A stretch of DNA of 64,000 nucleotides from Guillardia theta CCMP2712. Its lineage: Eukaryota; Protista; Cryptophyta. Where the stretch lies: NCBI RefSeq assembly GCF_000315625.1, contig NW_005434615.1, positions 352,305-416,304 on the forward strand, given 5' to 3'. Positions 59,392 to 64,000 of this stretch are shown in pieces (the stretch's first letter is position 1; each line of letters begins with the position of its first letter). The notes under the pieces were generated by a model that was given only the letters and a program-made list of their open reading frames with translations, ran no database searches and was not told the DNA's origin. The position numbers and the translations under genes are program-made.

Positions 59392-59708
59392 CTTTCACCA
59401 TCTCCTCACACTGCCGCGCCGCTTCTCGTTACTGACTACCATCTTCTCTCTCCTCCTCCTCCTCATCGATCATGTACACCACTCGTCTTCATCTTACCGG
59501 CGTCGCTCCTGCCGCCCCCCATCGCGCTCGCCGCCAACATCAAGAACAAGGACGGCGACATGCGCCCGTTCTTGCCTTTTGTGTTCGTTGAAAACCGTTA
59601 TAGACAACAGAAATCTTGTAACGATATTGCAACCGTTACTTTCTCCGCCAGAATCTGGGTCCCAAAATAGATCCCCGGCCAACAATGTCCGCCGGCGACT
59701 GATTCTGC

Positions 59709-61658
59709 ATGGCGCTTACTGGCTCCATGCAGAGGAACCGCCCCATACAACCATCCCTCGCTCTACCATCCCTGCGCTCTCCCTCCTCCCTATCCCTCTG
59801 CCTGGCCCTGCTTCTTGCTCTTCCTTTGGAGTCCGTCAGAGCGGATCTCGCGCGCTTTCAAGACCTTTTCCACACTCCGTTCCGTCCGCAGGACTCTCGT
59901 CACTTCCAGGTCCTTCCTCCTCCTCCTCCTCCTCCTCCTCCTCCTCCTCCTCCTCCTCCCACCCCTCCTCCCACCCCTCCTCCCCCTCCTCCGCCACATC
60001 CTCCTCCATGTCCCGCCTCCCCCTTCTTCGTCCTCTCCTCCAGAAGCTGCTCGCTGCAGTCTTTCCTAACAGCTGTCACAGGTCGACGAGTCTTCCACTT
60101 TCACGGCCAACCCTGATCTGCGATTTGTGTTGAGCTATGCTGACGGGTCGGAGCTGCGAGGTTTTGGGGGCGACGACGTTGTGCATGTGAGAGCGCGAGG
60201 AGCGTCTGCCTTGCCCTTGTTCTCACTCCTCCTTAGGTCGGTGACTTCCATGGACTGGCTCCGTTCGGCTTGCTGTATCAGTGTAACAGCCCGGACTTTA
60301 ACGGGGTAGATGGTATCTTGGGGTTCGGGCTCCCGAAGCCTGGGACACAAGGGAACGAGTTGCCGCGGCCTCTGCTGTGGGCGCTGACAGACAAGATCAA
60401 GCACGACTCGAACGCTCAAGCTCTTCAGCGCAAGTTCTCCTTCTACTCCACGGATGATGCTGCCGAGCTGCAGTTGGGCGGCTACGATCCCAAGAGCTGC
60501 GAGGATGTGATGCATTACACGCCGTCGCTGTCAAAGACTGACTACATCGTTGGAGTCACTTCCGTCAAGTTCGGACGAAGCGCACATGATGCTCGTGAGC
60601 TGCTTCAGTTCTCAAACCCGACAGGAGGCGAGTATCTTCCTGCCATCATGGACTCGGGGACCTCGTGCCTGGTGCTGCCGGGGAGTCACCTGAACGGGAG
60701 GCTGGCGAACGATCCCTTCTCCGACTTCCAGAGCATGTGGTCGCTGGACAACTCTTTCTTCATCTCGATAGGAGGACGAAGTTTTGAGATCCCCTCTTCC
60801 TCGTGGTTCCTGGCGAGAACCAACCAAACCTGTGTGCAGCCTTCTCCCAACGGGATGATCGGCCTGCTGATTGGAGACGTCTTCTTCCGGTCTTACCTTG
60901 TCGAATTTGACATGACCGATCAGGAGAGGCCTGTGATCGGCATCGCGAAGCTGAGCTACATGGTGTCGCCGGTCAAGACTGCTGACCTGGATTACTACCA
61001 CCTCCCCAGGGTTCCGGTGCAGAAGCTCCGCCTGCTCAAGGGCGAGGAGACTATGTATCCGTCAGAGCACACGGAGCGGCTGAGGGAAGTGGACAGGATC
61101 CCCATATCGGACAAGAAGGGCACGCAGTACTTCATGAACCTTGCCATCGGGACGCCGCCGCAGCCGTTCACAGTCATCTTCGACACCGGGTCAGCGGTGT
61201 TCGGGGTGTTCACGGAGCAGTCGGAGTTGCCGCTGTCCATCTCCTCGAAGCTCATGGGAGGAGCGTCGCTGCACGTGGAGGCAGATGCGATGAGCTCGCT
61301 CATGGTGTGGCCCAAGGAGGACAGCAGCGGGGAGACGCTCATGGTGAAGGGATCGAAGTCTGCGGTGCTGGAGGGGATGCGACGGAGGGGACAAGCCAGC
61401 GCGCTGCTACTGGCGGGGCTAGATCTCTCAGCGAGGAGGGCAGGAGCAGGAGCAGGAGCAGGAGTCAGAGGCTCTTCCAACGGGATCGTCGGGGTGGCGG
61501 CGGTGATTCTTTCTCTTATTGTTTCTGTTAGTTTGCTCGTGGCTGCAAGGAGGCGGCGGGCGACTCAATCAGCGCGACATGCGTACGTGATGCTGGATGT
61601 CTCGCACGCGACGTGGCTGAATGGCGGGGAGGCGACCAGGACAGACTCGCATGCTTGA
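59709..61658 (+). CDS. Pepsin-family (A1) aspartic protease, circularly permuted, with a C-terminal transmembrane anchor
   Basis: Exons 59709-59909, 60082-60186 and 60237-61658 give signal peptide, HFQVDESSTF, SYADGS flap, DGILGFG, AIMDSGTS, LIGDVFFRSY, then QYFMNLAIGTPPQPFTVIFDTGS and a TM helix. Confidence 0.9.
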
Positions 61659-61788
61659 GGGTGTTGAACTGTGAATGTACATTGCCAGCTTACTTGTCGA
61701 TTCCTCTGCTGCCCCTCCTCGAACTTCTTCTGCAATTTCCTCTCGTCCTCCTCTCTCCCCTCGTCCTCCACGCCACCAGCTCCTCCTT

Positions 61789-62880
61789 TCACTCCACGCT
61801 CTCGACGGACCGAACCTTGTTGAACTCGTCCAGCGACAACAGCTTGCAAGACTCCCGCAGCTTGTTCTCTGGCGAGGAGTCAGCAGGGCCACCAGTGCTA
61901 CCAGCGGACGTCACCGAGCTCTCGTCGTGGTTGGATGATGCTGATGAAGCCCTCGGATGAAGCCTAGCAAACAGCTCTCAGTGGCAGGAGGAGGAGGAGG
62001 AGGAGGAGGAGGAGTAGGCGCACAAGCACCTTCAAGTTGAGCAGGTCTGGGTTGCTCTGCAGGTTGGAGTTCATTTCAAGCAGATGGCCCTGTCCATGCG
62101 TTAGGAGGGGGACGAAGAGCAGGTGGATTTTGAGAAACAGAGTAGGATACAGGAGGATGTGAAAGAGGAGATGTTGTTGTTGGTGAAGACGATGATTAAT
62201 GGTGATGATGATGGATGCTGATGCTGATGCTGCTGATGATGACAATGATGAGGATGAGGATGACGATAAGGACATGAAGAAGACCTGTATAGCAGCTCGT
62301 ATCTTGAACCTGCTCCCATCATCGCACACCACATCACATAGTCGGGAGTCTTCCTTGACAAACCTGCCCATCCTGTCAGCCCACCACCAACTCCCGACGC
62401 CATCGTCGCACAAGGATCCGTTCTTCTTCTTCCCTGACGGCTTCACTTCCGTCTTGTCGCCTGATCGTCCCACGTCGAAGTCCACGGCAACGATCCTCCT
62501 CCCATCTCTGAACGCCACGTGCGAGGGAGCCAGCCCCACGACACAGAGCGAGTTGAAATGCTGGTAGACGAACTGGTCGGCTCCTTCCTGTCCTCCCACG
62601 TTCGTGGCGAAGTAGTGCGTGTAGTCCCGCTCCCTTGCAAGCAGCTTCTCCCTCGACCGCAGGCACGCGGCGCCCACTGATGTCTGCGTCCTTCAAAGAT
62701 GTTTGTCACCACCACCACCACCACCACCACCTCCTCCTCCTCCTCCTCCTCCTCCTCCTCCTCCTCCTCCTCCTCCTCCTCCTCTCACATATGTCCGGAT
62801 TCTTCGCCTGTCTTGAGACGTTTGCGAGGGTTTTCAACGCCATCCTCCATGCTTTCACCGCCTTCAGCATGGTCGTTCAT
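61789..62880 (-). CDS. Abitram/Simiate (FAM206A)-like, glycine-cleavage-H-like fold
   Basis: DQFVYQHFNSLCVVGLAPSH, SGKKKNG, IRAAIQ|GHLLEMNSNL...PDLL and EGFISII; start exon inferred. Confidence 0.82.
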
Positions 62881-63198
62881 TTCCTCCTCCTGTTCGCATG
62901 CGTCATCCGCTCCCTCCCTCCCTCCCTCCCTCCCTAGCTTCTCTCCCTATCGCATTCCCTCTCCTCTCCTCTCCTCTCCTCTCCTCTCCTCTCCTCTCCT
63001 CTCCTCTCTTCTCCTCTCCTCTCATCTCCTCCCCTCCCCTCCCCTCCCCTCTCCTTTCCCGTTTGCCCCATTCGTTTCCACCGGCCTCATTTCCTTGCCC
63101 CCTCATCCCCTAATTTCTGTGCGGCTCTGGGAGGAGCGGGAGGAGGAGCAGGAGGAGGAGCAAGAGGAGGAGCAGGAGGAGGAGCAGGAGGAGGAGCA

Positions 63199-63241
<43 letters not shown>

Positions 63242-64000
63242 GAGCAGCAGGAGCAGCAGCAGCAGGAGAGCAGGAGGAGAGAAGGAGAGTTAGGAGAGAG
63301 TGAGGAGGCGAGTGTTCTTTGCCGCCCCCATCCAACCCCGTTCACACCAACACCTCCTCTCCTCTCCTCTCCTCTCCTCCTCCCCCTCCCCTCCCTCTCC
63401 CCTCCCCTCCCCTCCCCTCCCCTCCCCTCCTCCTCTTGTTCTCTTCCTCTTCATCGTATACGTCAGCGGGATAGAGGATGTCTTCTAGCCTGTGCTTCAA
63501 CAGAGGAGGAGGAGGATGGTTCATGCTGGAGAGAGGGCAAGCAGCAAGCGGCATGCTGGCCGTTACGAGGCCAGTAAGCATGAGGAGGAGGAACAGCGGA
63601 GAGAGAAGCTGCGGGGCCAAGGAAGGGGAAGGGGAGCTGTGGCTCGATCTGAACCCTGGCATGCCCAGAAGCAGCGCTCGCCTCCTGTGGACGTTCAGAG
63701 TCGCTCCTTCGCTCACAGCCCTCGCCTCCCTCGGCCTCCTCGCCTCCTTCCTCTCTCCTCCTTCCTCCCCACCTCCCTTGCAGCTCCTGCTCGATGCTTC
63801 CAGGTTCGCTTTCATGCTGCATGTTGTAGCCGGTGTGGCGGCATCGACGTGCACGGGAGGAGGGCTGGGGAGTAGGAGCAGGAGCTTTGCCGCAGGCTTC
63901 CTCTCCGGTTTCATCTGCATCGACGATCTACTCAAGAGGAGGGACGATGGATGGAGACAGCGAGAAGGAGGGGGGGGGGAGGGGGAGGAGGAGGGGGGGA

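Noticed and set aside
62699-64000. Low-complexity ORFs at the right edge
   Set aside because: Dominated by simple repeats; may hold 3' exons of a gene outside the window, but no product can be supported.

Overview
Gene-dense, intron-rich eukaryotic nuclear DNA. Short GT-AG introns filled with microsatellites, signal-plus-transit leaders, a plastid-type D27 protein and a ciliary CFAP221 point to a flagellate alga with a secondary plastid; a cryptophyte such as Guillardia is my inference. About 20 genes are supported. They include a giant secreted Ig-like repeat protein missing from the ORF track, a LAMMER kinase, TORTIFOLIA1/SPIRAL2-like, SDA1, NTF2, D27-like, DHRS12-like, PMM, V-ATPase c, a PDI-like protein, CFAP221 and Abitram. 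Two items stand out. (1) An intronless 1338-aa protein joins a CHAT caspase-like protease, a SAM-like domain and an SF1/Schlafen-type helicase with a natural Walker B E-to-Q. It sits in a same-strand cluster with a small partner ORF and a broken paralog of its N-terminal domain, and is a candidate innate-immunity or cell-death module. (2) A membrane-anchored pepsin-family protease is circularly permuted, with the normally N-terminal DTG segment placed after the normal C-terminus. All exon boundaries, translations and homologies were read by eye and no searches were run.
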